From assembly GCA_030390025.1 (NCBI GenBank), contig CM059433.1, positions 7,318,001 to 7,382,000 of the forward strand: a stretch of 64,000 bases of DNA. Direction: 5' to 3'. This stretch comes from Squalus acanthias. Taxonomy: Eukaryota. Within the stretch, counting starts at the first letter, position 1, and each line of letters opens with the position of its first letter. The notes under the pieces were generated by a model, which was not told where the DNA came from, did not search any database, and worked only from the letters and a program-made list of their open reading frames with translations. Both the position numbers and the translations under genes were made by a program. Of the stretch, positions 14,154 to 26,267 are shown piece after piece.

Positions 14154-14340
14154 GATGCGCTCGGGCCGCACTTCCGGTCCGGCCGCGAATAATGTCCCCC
14201 CCGGCGGGAAACGGTCTCCCCGCGGGACTGGGGGACGGAGAAAGTGAGACACCCGGAGCAACCCTCAGAGACAGGCACTGGCCCGGGTGCCGCCTCATTC
14301 CGTTATTGTTGTAAAACCCATTAATTCATGAGGTAATTAG
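14154..14340. promoter_or_regulatory. CpG-rich promoter region of CPSF3, probably bidirectional with ITGB1BP1
   Basis: CpG-dense; ETS-type CACTTCCGG just upstream of the CPSF3 ATG; candidate plus-strand donors at 14244 and 14333; the genes are divergent. Confidence 0.6.
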
Positions 14341-15111
14341 ATTTTTTTTGACCTAGTTTTCGAGTTCTGTAAATGTTATAAGAGATGTGTTGGGAGGAAG
14401 CGAGGTTTGGAGACAGGTTCAGGGCCCAGGTTGTGTCAATGTTTTGCTGGGCCTGTCAGCTGTGAGACAATGTTTTGCTCATAAGAACATAAGAAATAAG
14501 AGCAGGAGTCGGCCATACGGCCCCTCGAGCCTGCTCCGCCATTCAATAAGATCATGACTGACCATCGACCTCAACTCCACTTTCCCGCCCGATCCTCATA
14601 TCCCTCAATTCCCCTAGAGTCCAAAAATCTATCGATCTCTGTCTTGAATATACTCAAAGACTCAGCATTCACAGCCCTCTGGGGCAGAGAATTCCAAAGA
14701 TTCACAACCCTCCGAGTGAAGAAATTCTTCTTCATCTCAGTCTTAAATGGCCGACCCCTTATATAGGTAGGGATCGGCCATTATAATAGTCAAAGTTAGC
14801 ATGCAGGTACAGCAAGTAATCAAAAAGGCAAATGGAATGTTGGCCTTTATTGCAAGGGGGTTGGAGTATAAAAGCAGGGAAGTCGTGCTGCAACTGTACA
14901 GGGCATTGGTGAGACCACACCTGGAGTACTGCGTACAGTTTTGGTCTCCTTATTTAAGGAAGGATATACTGGCATTGGCGCAGTTCAGAGACGATTCACT
15001 AGGTTAATTCTAGAGATGAGGGGGTTGACTTATGAAGAGTGGTTGAGCAGGTTGGGCCTATACTCATTGGAATTTAGAAGAATGAGAGGTGATCTTATTG
15101 AAACATATAAG

Positions 15112-15330
15112 GTACTTGTGTGATAAAGGGCAGTTAGAAAGATTAACTGTAGTCGTCTGGCATTGTTCTCTGACTATATATGCTGTGTCCATATGTATTT
15201 CTTCACTTCACCTGACGAAGGAGCAGCGCTCCGAAAGCTTGTGATTTCAAATAAAGCTGTTGGACTATAACCTGGTGTTGTGCGACTTCTCACTTTTGTC
15301 CACCGCAGTCCAACACCGGCATCTCCGCAT
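15112..15330 (+). mobile_element. Short hammerhead-bearing retroelement (Penelope pLTR / retrozyme-like), nested in CR1
   Basis: TSD CATATAAG (15104-15111, 15331-15338); TATA-like TATATA, hammerhead motif, AATAAA. Confidence 0.8.
15208..15244 (+). ncRNA. Minimal type-I hammerhead ribozyme motif
   Basis: TCAC-CTGACGA-A-GGAGC(AGC)GCTCC-GAAA-GC-TT-GTGA. Confidence 0.75.
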
Positions 15331-16126
15331 CATATAAGATACTGAGGGGGCTCGACAAGGTAGATGCAGAGAGGATGTTTTCCCCTTGTGGGGGAAATCT
15401 AGAACTCGGGGGCATAGTTTCAGAATAAAGGGTCGCCCTTTTAGAACTGAGATGAGGAGGAATTTCTTCTCTCAGAGGGTTGTAAATCTGTGGAATTCTC
15501 TGCCCCAGAGGCTGGGTCATTAAATACATTTAAGGTGGAGATCGACAGATTTTTGCAAGATAAGGGAGTGATGGGTTATGGGGAGCGGGCGGGGAAGTGG
15601 CTTTGAGCCCAAGATCAGCCATGATCTTACTGAATGACAGAGCAGGCTCGAGGGGCCAAGTGGCCTATTCCTGCTCCTATTTCTTATGTTCTTACCCTGA
15701 GACTCTGCTCTACTTCACCCTTTTGTGCTGACCTGTCGCTGCTCAAATGATCTTCAACAAATGCAGTTTCTGTTGAACTCAACCTGTGGAAAATGTTTAC
15801 ATTTCATTCCTGACTTAAAAAAAAATGAATGTGTTGGCATCTCCCAGCACACCTTGTTTCATCGATGTAAAGTAGACATTGCATGTAATGGATTTATGGT
15901 TGATCCCTAGTGTTTCTTGCACGTTAAAATAGTCAAAGATTAGAATATGTTTGTGTAATTATTGTGTTTCAGTTAGAAATATTAGTTTACTTAACTGTTT
16001 GGAATATAGTTCAGTCCCACTCGTGAGGCTGGTGGACCATAATTGTGATCACAAAATCAAGGTGTTTCAAGGAAGACCACTAAGGATAAGTGCTTAGATT
16101 AATTGAAAATTAATATTGAGATGATC

Positions 16127-16698
16127 AGGCTGGGTATTCTGCAGCAAGTGCCTCACCTCCTGACTCCCTAAAGCCTTTCCACCATCTACAAGGCACAAGT
16201 CAGGGGTGTGATCGAATACTCTCCACTTGCCTAGATGAGTGCAGCTCCAATAACACTCAAGAAGTTCAACACCATCCAGGACAAAGCAGCCCGCTTGATT
16301 GGCACCCCATCCACCACCTTAAACATTCACTCCCTCCACCACCGGCGTACCGTGGCTGCCGTGTGTACCATCTACAAGATGCAACTTGCCAAGGCTCCTT
16401 CGGCAGCACCTCTCAAACCCGCGAACTCTTACCCCCTAAAAGGACAAGGGCAGCAGGCGCATGGGAACACCACCACCTCCAAGTTCCCCTCCAAGTCACA
16501 CACCATCCTGACCGTTCCTTCATGGTCACTGGGTCAAAATCCTGGAACTCCCTAACAGCACTTTGGGAGTACCTTCACCGCAAGGACTGCAGAGTTCAAG
16601 AAGGTGGCTCACCACCGCCTTCTCAAGGGCAATTAGGGATGGGCAATAAATGCTGGCCTTGCTAGCGACGCCCACATCCCATAAACAAATTAAAAAAA
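16127..16698 (+). mobile_element. Crack/L2-group LINE 3' fragment
   Basis: MSAAPITLKKFNTIQDKAARLIG; A-rich tail. Confidence 0.8.
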
Positions 16699-16930
16699 GA
16701 GCTTCCTTGATGGCTGTTTCGTCCACACTACCTGGCGTGTAACTGAACCATACAGACCAGAATGGCCCAGCTTAGTTTGTTAGCCAATTTCAACTGGGGT
16801 AGTGCTAAGGGTGCTCAGTTGAGCTGAGTAACCCTGGGCTAGGACAGGGAAAAATCATTCAAAATTCTGACCTCTTGTCCTTCAAGAGGGAACTGGACAG
16901 GTTGTTGGCCTGGGGCAGAGATCGCATAAT

Positions 16931-18030
16931 CAATAATGCCAACTCTTGCGAATTAATCGTGAGACACGCGATTTCTAATGAAAATTTAATCCAACTCGCG
17001 ATCTCACGGTTCAACAGTGAAATCTCGCGTATTTTTTCCTCGGGGAATGAAGCAATGGCGCCGGATGGGAGTTGAGAAGCATGGCAGTATTCCGATTGGT
17101 CATTGCGCGGCAGCGCCGCTCATCATTGGCCACGGAGATTAGAACGCTCCCTGCAGGCACGCGCCGTCTTATTGCAAAAGATGATAGATGGACAGCGTTG
17201 CTGGGAAAGATCACCAGCCAATCAGTCATACAAATCGACCACCGTGGTCGCTGCTTTCGAGGTAAAGGAAGCACTGCGGGTGGGAGCAGTCGATTAGCTT
17301 CGAGTTTTGTACAAACTAATTTAGAGATGTAACTGAGGGGATGCGTGCTTTCGTAAATATTATTTATATTGTGAAAACAATTGGACTTGTTTTTACCCAG
17401 TCGAATTCTTATCTGCTATTTATAGAGGGGAAAAATAATCTCTAACCAAGATTAAGGTTGCATTTAAAATTTAAGAGATCTCAAGGATCCCTGGATACAA
17501 AAAAACCAGAAAAGTAAAACCCTGAAAACATTTAGCAAAACCAGCCCAAAGGTGGTAAAGTGCAAGTCAAGGTGGCCTCTTAAACACTGTAGATCCTGCC
17601 CCTATTTGCCTATCGTCTAGGAACGTACAATACATGTGCTGCCCATATCCCTGCCCTAAGGTACAACACCAACATAAATATGGAAGGGTGTCCTTAATAG
17701 ACTGTGTACAGCATTGGCAATTTTTGTGTAGAATTCAACAATTTCGCACGTACCTGATACTGAAAAATCACCTGCCCGAAATTCAAGAGGAGTACCCAAA
17801 CGTGGTGATAACAGGTAGGATTTTAAAAAAGTTTTCTGTAAAGCATTTTGCGATGCAGTAATATAGTTTTTGTAAAGAGCTGTGACCTGTCAGAGATTAC
17901 AGAAAGCCACGAATGAGGTTCATAAACCAACTGTTGGAAAAAAATAGCAACTCATGATTTCTATACCAAATCTCCATGATTTTTAAGAGTTTGTCTCATG
18001 TTTGATGAGGCGGTGGGGTTGGCACTACTG
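16931..18030. mobile_element. Probable non-autonomous hAT-like DNA transposon
   Basis: Imperfect TIRs CAATAATGCCAACTC / GGGTTGGCACTACTG (12/15); subterminal TCTCRYG-like repeats; interrupts an old CR1 3' end; no clean 8-bp TSD. Confidence 0.5.
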
Positions 18031-18624
18031 CATCGAATAGAAGGTAAGTGGATTAACAGATAACGAACGCATGGTCCATGAACGCATGGTCCATGTGATT
18101 ATCTGGACTGGTTTTGATTGCTTCACGGCATTGGAGAGGAATTTTTCAGAGTTTATTTCCCCTTATTGGCCCAGATATTGAAATGCTTACATCGTTCCTC
18201 ATTCTAATAGGAAAACCAAATCATATTTATTTTTTGGATAACGAAGATAACATTCTATTAAAAGGACCAGACAATCCTGGGAATGGCCCTGTTGTCTGGG
18301 AATGGAAACCACAGTCAGAGCGAGATATCCAGCGGCTGGTTACTTTTCACAAAGGGAGTTTGGGCTGGTGGGACGCACAATGGAACAAAGGAGAGTGGAG
18401 AGAGTCAGTTCAAACTGTCAGGACGGAGAGTGAAGAGACTCAGTTCAAACTGTCACAGGACGGAGTGAAGAGACTCTGTTTTTTCCCTCTCCCAGGAGAT
18501 TACATGGTCGGGGCAGGGGGGGGAGGGGGGGCGTTGTGACGGGTAGGAAGTGTCTAGTCATGATGTTCCAGCCATCTTGAGTATGGGACAGGCTTGATGG
18601 AGCAGCTGGTCTTTCCCTGGCTGT

Positions 18625-19212
18625 CCTCATCCATGCCTTTGTTACCTCCAGACTTGACTATTCCAACGCACTCCTGGCTGGCCTTCCACATTCCACCCTA
18701 CGTAAACTTGAGGTCATCCAAAACTCGGCTGCCCGTGTCCTAACCTGCACCAAGTCAAGTTCGCCCATCACCCCTGTGCTCGCTGACCTACATTGGCTCC
18801 CGGTTAAGCAGCGCCTCGATTTCAAAATTCTCATCCTTGTTTTCAAATCCCTCCATGGCCTCTTCCCCTCCCTATCTCTGTAATCTCCTTCAGCCCCACA
18901 ACCCCCCCGAGATATCTGCGCTCCTCTAATTCTGCCCTCTTGAGCATCCCTGATTATAATCGCTCAACCTTCTGTTGCCTAGGCCCTAAGCTCTGGAATT
19001 CCCTGCCTAAACCTCTCCACCTCACTACCTCTCTTTTCTCCTTTAAGACGCTCCTTAAAACCTACCTCTTTGACCAAGCTTTTGGTCACCTGCCCTAATT
19101 TATTATTATGTGGATTGGTGTCAAATGTTTTGTCTTAAAATACTCCTGTGCAGCGCCTTGGGACGTTTTACTATGTTAAATGCGCTATATAAATACAAGT
19201 TGTTGTTGTTGT
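18625..19212 (+). mobile_element. L2-like LINE 3' fragment
   Basis: SRLDYSNALLAGLP...ITPVLADLHWLPV; tail GCGCTATATAAATACAAGTTGTTGTTG. Confidence 0.88.
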
Positions 19213-20033
19213 ATGTTCAGTGCCCCAGTGAGATGATGCATGTATGGATATTGGGTGAGGGTGACATCATGTTTGGCTATGATATCCCTGTAGTCCAGTA
19301 GGTTACCGGTACAGTACTAACTTTGTGGCTTCACAATTAGGTATGGCTACTTTAGCGAGGTACCAAAGGCTGCTGGGACCTGCGGAACTGTACCTGAGCA
19401 ACGGTCAGCTCATTGAGAGGAGAAAATTGAGATTTAAAAAAAAGTAGAAAAATTAGTTAAATCTATTAAAAAGCTGTTGGACGAGAGAGAAAGAATCATC
19501 TTTGACTGGTAGATTTGAGAGGATGTCCAGACAGAATAAGACACCTCTTCATGACATTGTGATACCCAACTGCAGAACATGTGTGTTGGGCAAATTCGAG
19601 GTGTGAGATTTTCAATTAAAAGCCTTATATTTAAGGTGTTGACTCACACCAAAAAACATATACTTAAAATGGCAAGCTGCATCCATCACATTGGCAGCTG
19701 GCAACGGCAAAGGCAGTAAATGTAATGTCTGTTTGCCTTCCTTTATCCTTTTTTTTTCTCTCTTCCCTCTTCATAGCCGGCTTGGCAGTTGGATTTACAA
19801 ATGTTTTCTCTTGCATTCTGCTTCTTTGTCTTGCTCGGCAACAAAAGAAAACAAGAGGAACCCTGGAATTTACCATCAGTCCATACAAGTGTGAGATTGC
19901 AGTTTTTAATTAGAAGAACGGGAGAGTGTGATCTCCGACTGAATGCAGGAGAATTGTTAAGTCTATAGACATATGTTTGGTGAGTGGCCACCGGAAAATC
20001 TGCAGTGAGACAACAACAACTTGTATTTATATA

Positions 20034-20792
20034 GGGCCAAAAATTCGGCCCTTCCCGGGTGAGTACACAGTCCGTACTCACCCGTAAAGCGTCCCGAAGT
20101 GCCGGTTTTCTGCATGCACTGCGCATGCGCGGGAAACCGGAACTTCCGGTCTGGTGAAGGGGGCGGTTCCTAGGTGAACCGCGTGCGCGGTAGAGGCTGC
20201 GCGCACGCAGCACACTTAGATTTTTTTTCAGGTTTCTACGGGAGGGTAAGTAGGGAAGAACCTACGCTTATAAAAAAGGAGGCGTAGGAGCCGTTTTCAA
20301 CAAGGTAAGTGGTTAATTAAGTATAATTTAAAAAAAATTTCAACAGGTTTATCTTTTTTAGATACTTTAAAGAAAGGTAAGTTTATTCTTATCACTTTTA
20401 AAAAGTATTTTAATTTTTTCAAAAATTAAAATTTTTGTTTAAAGTGGTTAATTTATTTAACTATAGTTATTTTATAAATGTGATGGTTTTTTAAAAATTT
20501 ATTTTAAGTTTAGCTGTTCTTTTGGGGCCGATTTCAATTCACAGATTTGACTCCTGTCAAATCTATGAATGAAAGATGGTCTGCTGCCATTGGCTCTCCA
20601 TGGCCCACGTGATCCCAGGGGACGCATCGCACTAACTGCGCCCCTGGGACACGCACGCACTGCGCGCCGGCAGTTGGAGCAGGCCCAGGAGCTGAAGTTC
20701 CCGTGGGCCCAAAACACAACGGCAGGCGCGGTAGGTAAGTGCGCGCGCGATCCTTACCCCCGCGGCAAGCCGGAGAGGCGAATTTCTGGGCC
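20034..20792. mobile_element. Harbinger-type MITE inserted in an L2 tail
   Basis: TIRs GGGCCAAAAATTCG / CGAATTTCTGGGCC; flanked by ATA; similar to 1524-2200. Confidence 0.8.
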
Positions 20793-21655
20793 ATAGTAAA
20801 ACGTCCCAAGGCTCTTCACAGGAGTATTTTAAGACAAAACAGTTGACACCAATCCACATAAGGATAAATTAGGGCAGGTGACCAAAAGCTTGGTCAAAGA
20901 GGTAGGTTTTAAGGAGTGACTTAAAGGAGAAGAGAGAGGTAGCGAGGCGGAGAGGCCAAGGCAGGAATTCCAGAGCCTCGGGCCCAGGCAGCTGAAGGCA
21001 CGGCCACCAATGTTGGAGCGATTAAAATCGGGGATGCAGAAGAGGCCAGAATTAGAGGAGCGCAGATATCTCGGAGGGTTGTAGGGCTGGAGGAGGTTAC
21101 AGATAATAGGGAGGGGTGAGGCCATGGAGGGATTTGGGAAAAAAAGGATGAGAATTTTAAAATCGAGGCGTCGCCGGACTGGGATCCAATGTAGGTCAGC
21201 GAGCACAGGGGTGATGGATGAACGGGACTTGGTGCAAGTTAGGACAGCAGGGTTTTGGATGAGCTCAAGTAGGGCGGAAGATGGGAGGCTGGCCATGGGA
21301 GCATCGGACTAGTCAAGTCTAGAGCTGAGGCAGGAGCGGAGACGGGTGATGTTACGGAGGTGGAAGTAGGCGGTCTTGGTGATGGAGCGGATATGTGGTC
21401 GGAAGCTCATTTCAGGGTTAAATACGACACCAAGGTTGCGAACAGTCTGGTTTAGCCTCAGCCAGTGACCAGGGAGAGGGATGGAGTCGCTGGCTAGGGA
21501 ACAGTGTTGGTAGCGGGGACCGAAGACAATGGCTTCCGTCTTCCCAATATTTAGTTGGAGGAAATTTCTGTTCCTCCACTATTGGATGTTGGACATGCAG
21601 CGTTAAAAATCAGAGACAGTGGAGGGGTCGAGAGAGGTAGTAGTGAGGTCGAGCT
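20793..21655 (-). mobile_element. L2-like LINE fragment (its tail continues at 20010-20033)
   Basis: ITPVLADLHWIPVRRRLDFKIL; GGRAFSCLGPRLWNS. Confidence 0.85.
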
Positions 21656-22038
21656 GTGTGGACACACACACAGGATATGTGTCATGAAACAAACTTTAAT
21701 CACCCTGCTACTAGACTTTTTTTTTATTCGTTCATGGGATATGGGCGTCGCTGGCAAGGCCAGTATTTATTGCCCATCCCTAATTGTCCTGCATGTTACA
21801 GTCCGCACTATCACAGATCTACACATTGCTTTCGCTGTATTCTGTGATATTGTTGATGCCTCCTGGGGTTGCCTGGAATGAGCCTGGGCAAAAATGTTCT
21901 GGGCTGAAGTGACACTTGGCAAACCAACTGTAAGTTGCAGCCAATGGCCAATTTATGAGGGCAGAATTGCGAAGCAGTGTATTTCCTGGCACAAAGACCC
22001 TGGAAAATGGTGTTAATGTCTCAACAGCACCACTTTTA

Positions 22039-22567
22039 CATAAGAACATAAGAAATAGGAGCAGGAGTAGGCCAATCGGCCCCTCGAGCCTGCTCCGCCA
22101 TTCAATAAGATCATGGCTGATCTGATCCTAACCTCAAATCTAAAGAACACAAGAAGTAGGAGCAGGACCCGGCCACTCAGCCCCTGGGCCCGCTCCGCCA
22201 CCCACAGGGCCTTGACCGATCCGAACTCAGCCTCATGTCCAATTTCCTGCCTGCTCCCCGTAACCCCTAATTCCCTTTACTTCTAGGAAACTGTCTATTT
22301 CTGTTTTAAATTTATTTAATGATGTAGCTTCCACAGCTTCCTGGGGCAGCAAATTCCACAGACCTACTACCCTCTGAGTGAAGAAGTTTCTCCTCATCTC
22401 AGTTTTGAAAGAGCAGCCCCTTATTCTAAGATTATGCCCCCTAGTTCTAGTTTCACCCATCCTTGGGAACATCCTTACCGCATCCACCCGATCAAGCCCC
22501 TTCACAATCTTATGTTTCAATAAGATCGCCTCTCATTCTTCTGAACTCCAATGAGTAGAGTCCCAGC
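22039..22567 (-). mobile_element. CR1 3' fragment with a duplicated tail
   Basis: ETRTRGHNLRIRG...RRNFFTQRVVGLWN. Confidence 0.88.
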
Positions 22568-24068
22568 ATTATTATGTTAAAATAAAACATTTTGGTGGGA
22601 GCTTCCTGCACCGTTAATTTTTGCCGCTGTATATTTGTGTGGCTCGTACTGTGAGCTGAGATCCAGTGTAACCGATCTCTACCCACGTTTCTGACCCTAA
22701 TGCCCTGATTGCTCTCGCTCAAGAGGAGTTATGGTGATGGGAAAACCGGCCCTTTTTCAGCCACTAAAACCCAAAGAGAAGTGAATATTTTGGCACCGTA
22801 CATTTGGAGATTTCTATCCTGATGGATTTTCAGAATACTGGGGGTGGGGGGTAAGAGAAAGAACTGTTTTGCATTTGGTTTCCAATCCTCCAGCCATCAG
22901 CAGTGGAAAAATGCAAATGCCTATTACTGACTGCTATAGCACTGGCATTCAGGACTGCAGAGGATCTCAATCAACACTAAGAATATGATAGATGTTTACT
23001 GGGATACTGGAATATCAATTAATATTGCAAATAATTTAATGGAACCTGCCTGCGTTCCACAGATGACATTTATAATGGGCTAGAACCACAGTGACCTATC
23101 ATCTGATCATCTATCCCTTATTCTCAATGTTGCAACCAGACATCTTTTTTTGAAAACTTTATAAACATTTATTGCAATTAAAAAAATACTTTGGTTTGAA
23201 AAAGGATTTATAAACATGGAAGTTACAACTCAAGCACAAGATGTTAACGGGGGATGGTGGGGTGCGGGGGCGGGGGCAATGTATCTGCAGCACATTGTGT
23301 ATATACTGTGGTACATGATTGCTTTAATATTGTGACTGTAGCTTGGGGCACCACTGCTGTCCTCAGTTACTGAACGGCTTTGTGCCACTGAAAGAAGTTT
23401 CTCTCTGGTTCAGAGAGCGATGGGCATTTGGCTGGTATTTTTAAGAAAGGCAGATGTTCAGATACAAGTTATACCACAGATATAGTAAATTAGCAATTTG
23501 TTCAGTTATAGAATGACCCCAAGTGGAAATGTTGAACCTTCATCCAACCAGCACACATCTGTGATGCAACTTTGGCTGCGAACTTGAACCTGGTTAAGTA
23601 CGATTAACGTCGGAATCCCAGCACATGCTGTATAAAGTTCTTTGGGGAATCTCCATCCTGATGCACGGTAGGGCCTGTGTCCAGAGAGCTCATAGCTTGG
23701 GACAGCCTGCAAGTAATATGAGATGTATACTATATCGCTACATTCTCTCCTGCAGTTTGTGAATACTTATGGGAACATTATAGAGAGAGAGTTCAGTGCA
23801 ATTTTATGTCGGATTTGTATTTGCATATGGTTTGGAGATAAATGGAGACTGAGTAGGCTGTCTTTCCACACCTGGTCTCACTCCCAGAGGTGTCCGCTTT
23901 CTACATACTGATGAAAACTTGGTATAAGTTGGATATCATCAGCAGTGTTCAAAATGATTTTCATCTGAGGTAGATGATGTGTAGAGAATGTCTTGTGACT
24001 GACTTTTTTTTTTGATGTTTTGTCCGTTTCACAGGTTTATCTGCTTTTTAAAAAAAAGATGGTGAGAA

Positions 24069-24140
24069 ATGTTTCGGAAAGGAAAGAAACGGCACAGCAG
24101 TAGCAGTTCTCAAGGCAGTGAAATCAGCACTAAAAGCAAG
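24069..24140 (+). CDS. ITGB1BP1: ITGB1BP1 (ICAP-1) first coding exon; exon begins at 24035
   Basis: [24 protein letters not shown]; acceptor TTTCACAG ending 24034; donor GTATGT; 72 coding nt. Confidence 0.96.
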
Positions 24141-24834
24141 GTATGTCTTCATTGCCGAGGTATACCCAATCAGGCTTTGACTGATGTTACCAAAGACACA
24201 AAAAACAGAAATCCTTGCTTTCATTTATAAGTTGCTATTACATAATTAAAAAAGGCACAAAATTATAGGCTTTGAAGATGTGTTTCTCATCTCATCAAAT
24301 GTTTTTGTCTTTTATAATACTCCTGTGCAGCGCCTTGGGACGTTTTACTACGTTAAAGGCGCTATATAAATACAGGTTGTTGATGATGTCTGTGAGTAAA
24401 ACAGACTGCTTTATATGAATATTCAGTACACGCGTGGAGAAATGCTGTGGAGGCCACCTGCTCAAAACATGGTTTAAAAAGTTGGGTCACGTCCCTCTAC
24501 CCAGTGCTTCTGTGGTTCAAGGATATTACTTATTAATTAACCTATAACCTTTTCAAATATCTCCAGTCAGTAGTTCAACACCAAATCTTTGTTGGTGTTC
24601 CTTGCTTACAAGTAAATTATGCATTGTAATTTATCTTTTCACGGCCTCTGTAATACCGGTTGAGTATACAGTTTTGTTCCCCTGAAGTTCCAATTCCTGT
24701 TTCACCCTCACAATATTCATCAACCCTAATGTTTTATTCAAAAAAGATTCTCTAATTTTCACCAAATTTGCTGATTGACCATCTCTTCTCAATGTTGGTT
24801 CCTTTTCAAATTGAGTTCACTGGAGGTCCCCAAT

Positions 24835-25870
24835 GTATTGTTACCTCAGTGGCTTTGTGGGTAGATGCACTGGCTGATGTGGCATTGAGTCATGGAGAAA
24901 GGGTCTGTACTGAATTAGCTGAGATTAGTTGGGGTGTTACAATTAACCTCCGCACTCCTGAACAAGGGAGGCAAGTCAGCTTGGATTTCCACTCCTGTGC
25001 GCCATCTAGTGATCCTTGCAGGAAAATGCATGTTACATAGGATTACGTCGGATATACGGCACAGAACCAGGCCATTCGGCCCAACCAGTCCATGCCGGTG
25101 TTTATGCTCCAATCGAGCCTCCTCTCGTCTTTCCTCATCTAAATCTATCAGTGTAACCCTCTATTCCCTGCTCCCTCAGATGTTTGTCCAGCCTCCCCTT
25201 AAATGCATCTATACTATTCGCTTCAACCACTCCCTGTGGTAGCGAGTTCCACATTCTCACCACTCTCTGGGTAAAGAAGTTTCTTCTGAATTCCCTATTG
25301 GATTTCTTGGTGACTATCTTATATTGGTGGCCTCTAGTTATGCTCTTCCCCACAAGTGGAAACATTCTCTCTGTATCCACTCTATCAAAACCTTTCATAA
25401 TTTTAAAGACCTCTATTAGGTCACCCCTCAGCCTTTTTTCAAGAGAAAAGAGACCCAGCCTGTTCATACTTTCCTGATATGTATGCCCTCGCATTTCTGG
25501 TATCATCCTTGTAAATCTTCTCTGCACCCTCTCCAGTGCCTCTATATCCTTTTTTATAATATGGCGACCAGAACTGTACGCAGTACTCCAAGTGTGGTCT
25601 AACCAAGGTTCGATACAGGTTTAGCATAACTTCCCTACTTTTCAATTCTATCCCTCTAGAAATAAACCCTAGTGCTTGGTTTGCATTTTTAATGGCCTTG
25701 CTAACCTGTGTCGCAACTTTTAGTGATGTTTCAGGTGAGGACAGGCCCGATTGTGGCTGTGATGCCTTTATGGTTGACTAGCCTGCCTAGACTCAGCCAT
25801 TTGAACAAGGTACCATCGGGCTCTGATGGAAATGTTTCTCTACAAGAGTCGGTGCCTGCGGGAGAGAAAA
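24835..25870. mobile_element. Old SINE (plus) split by a CR1 3' fragment (minus, ~25035-25725)
   Basis: CR1 ORF LRGDLIEVFKIMKG; SINE halves resemble copies at ~7500-7740, 31310-31500, 36800-37090, 49910-50250; ATGTT on both sides of the CR1. Confidence 0.7.
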
Positions 25871-26267
25871 TTAGGGGAATTTAATTTTTTTTAAACCAGC
25901 TCAAAAACAATTGTCCTGTCTTATTTAAAAAAAAATGAAAATTACTTTTTGACAAAGTCTTCATTATTTTCAAAATGAACATTCTGGAAATTATGTTCAT
26001 ATAATACGTCCAAAAATAAAATGTCTCCTGAAACAATATACAGAGAAGCATTGTGTTCGATTTGCTCAGTGGCTTCTGTTTGAAGTTTACCAAATTTCAC
26101 GTTTAGCTGAGGCACTGGAACAGTGGGATGCTCAATAATTCTAGTCTGCTTCCACTCCTTAAGGTAGTGGATGGTTTTATTCCCTCTAAAATTTCAGAAG
26201 CTAGGAGCTTATTCCAAGTTTTAAGCCTAAAATGTATTATAGAGAAATTAGCCTCTTTTAAGTTTAC

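Larger units (their letters stand above)
14480..15693. mobile_element. Two CR1 3' fragments in opposite orientation (minus 14480-14763; plus ~14790-15693)
   Basis: CATAAGAA tail repeats at the left end; VRPHLEYCVQFWSP ORF and TTCTTATG tail at the right end. Confidence 0.85.

Noticed and set aside
12163..14247. 694-, 607- and 561-aa Gly-rich ORFs
   Set aside because: Open in all three plus-strand frames because the G-rich repeat lacks stop codons; intronic and antisense to CPSF3
18114..18539. 141-aa ORF
   Set aside because: Non-ATG start, no recognisable domain, overlaps repeat remnants and a local ~36-bp duplication
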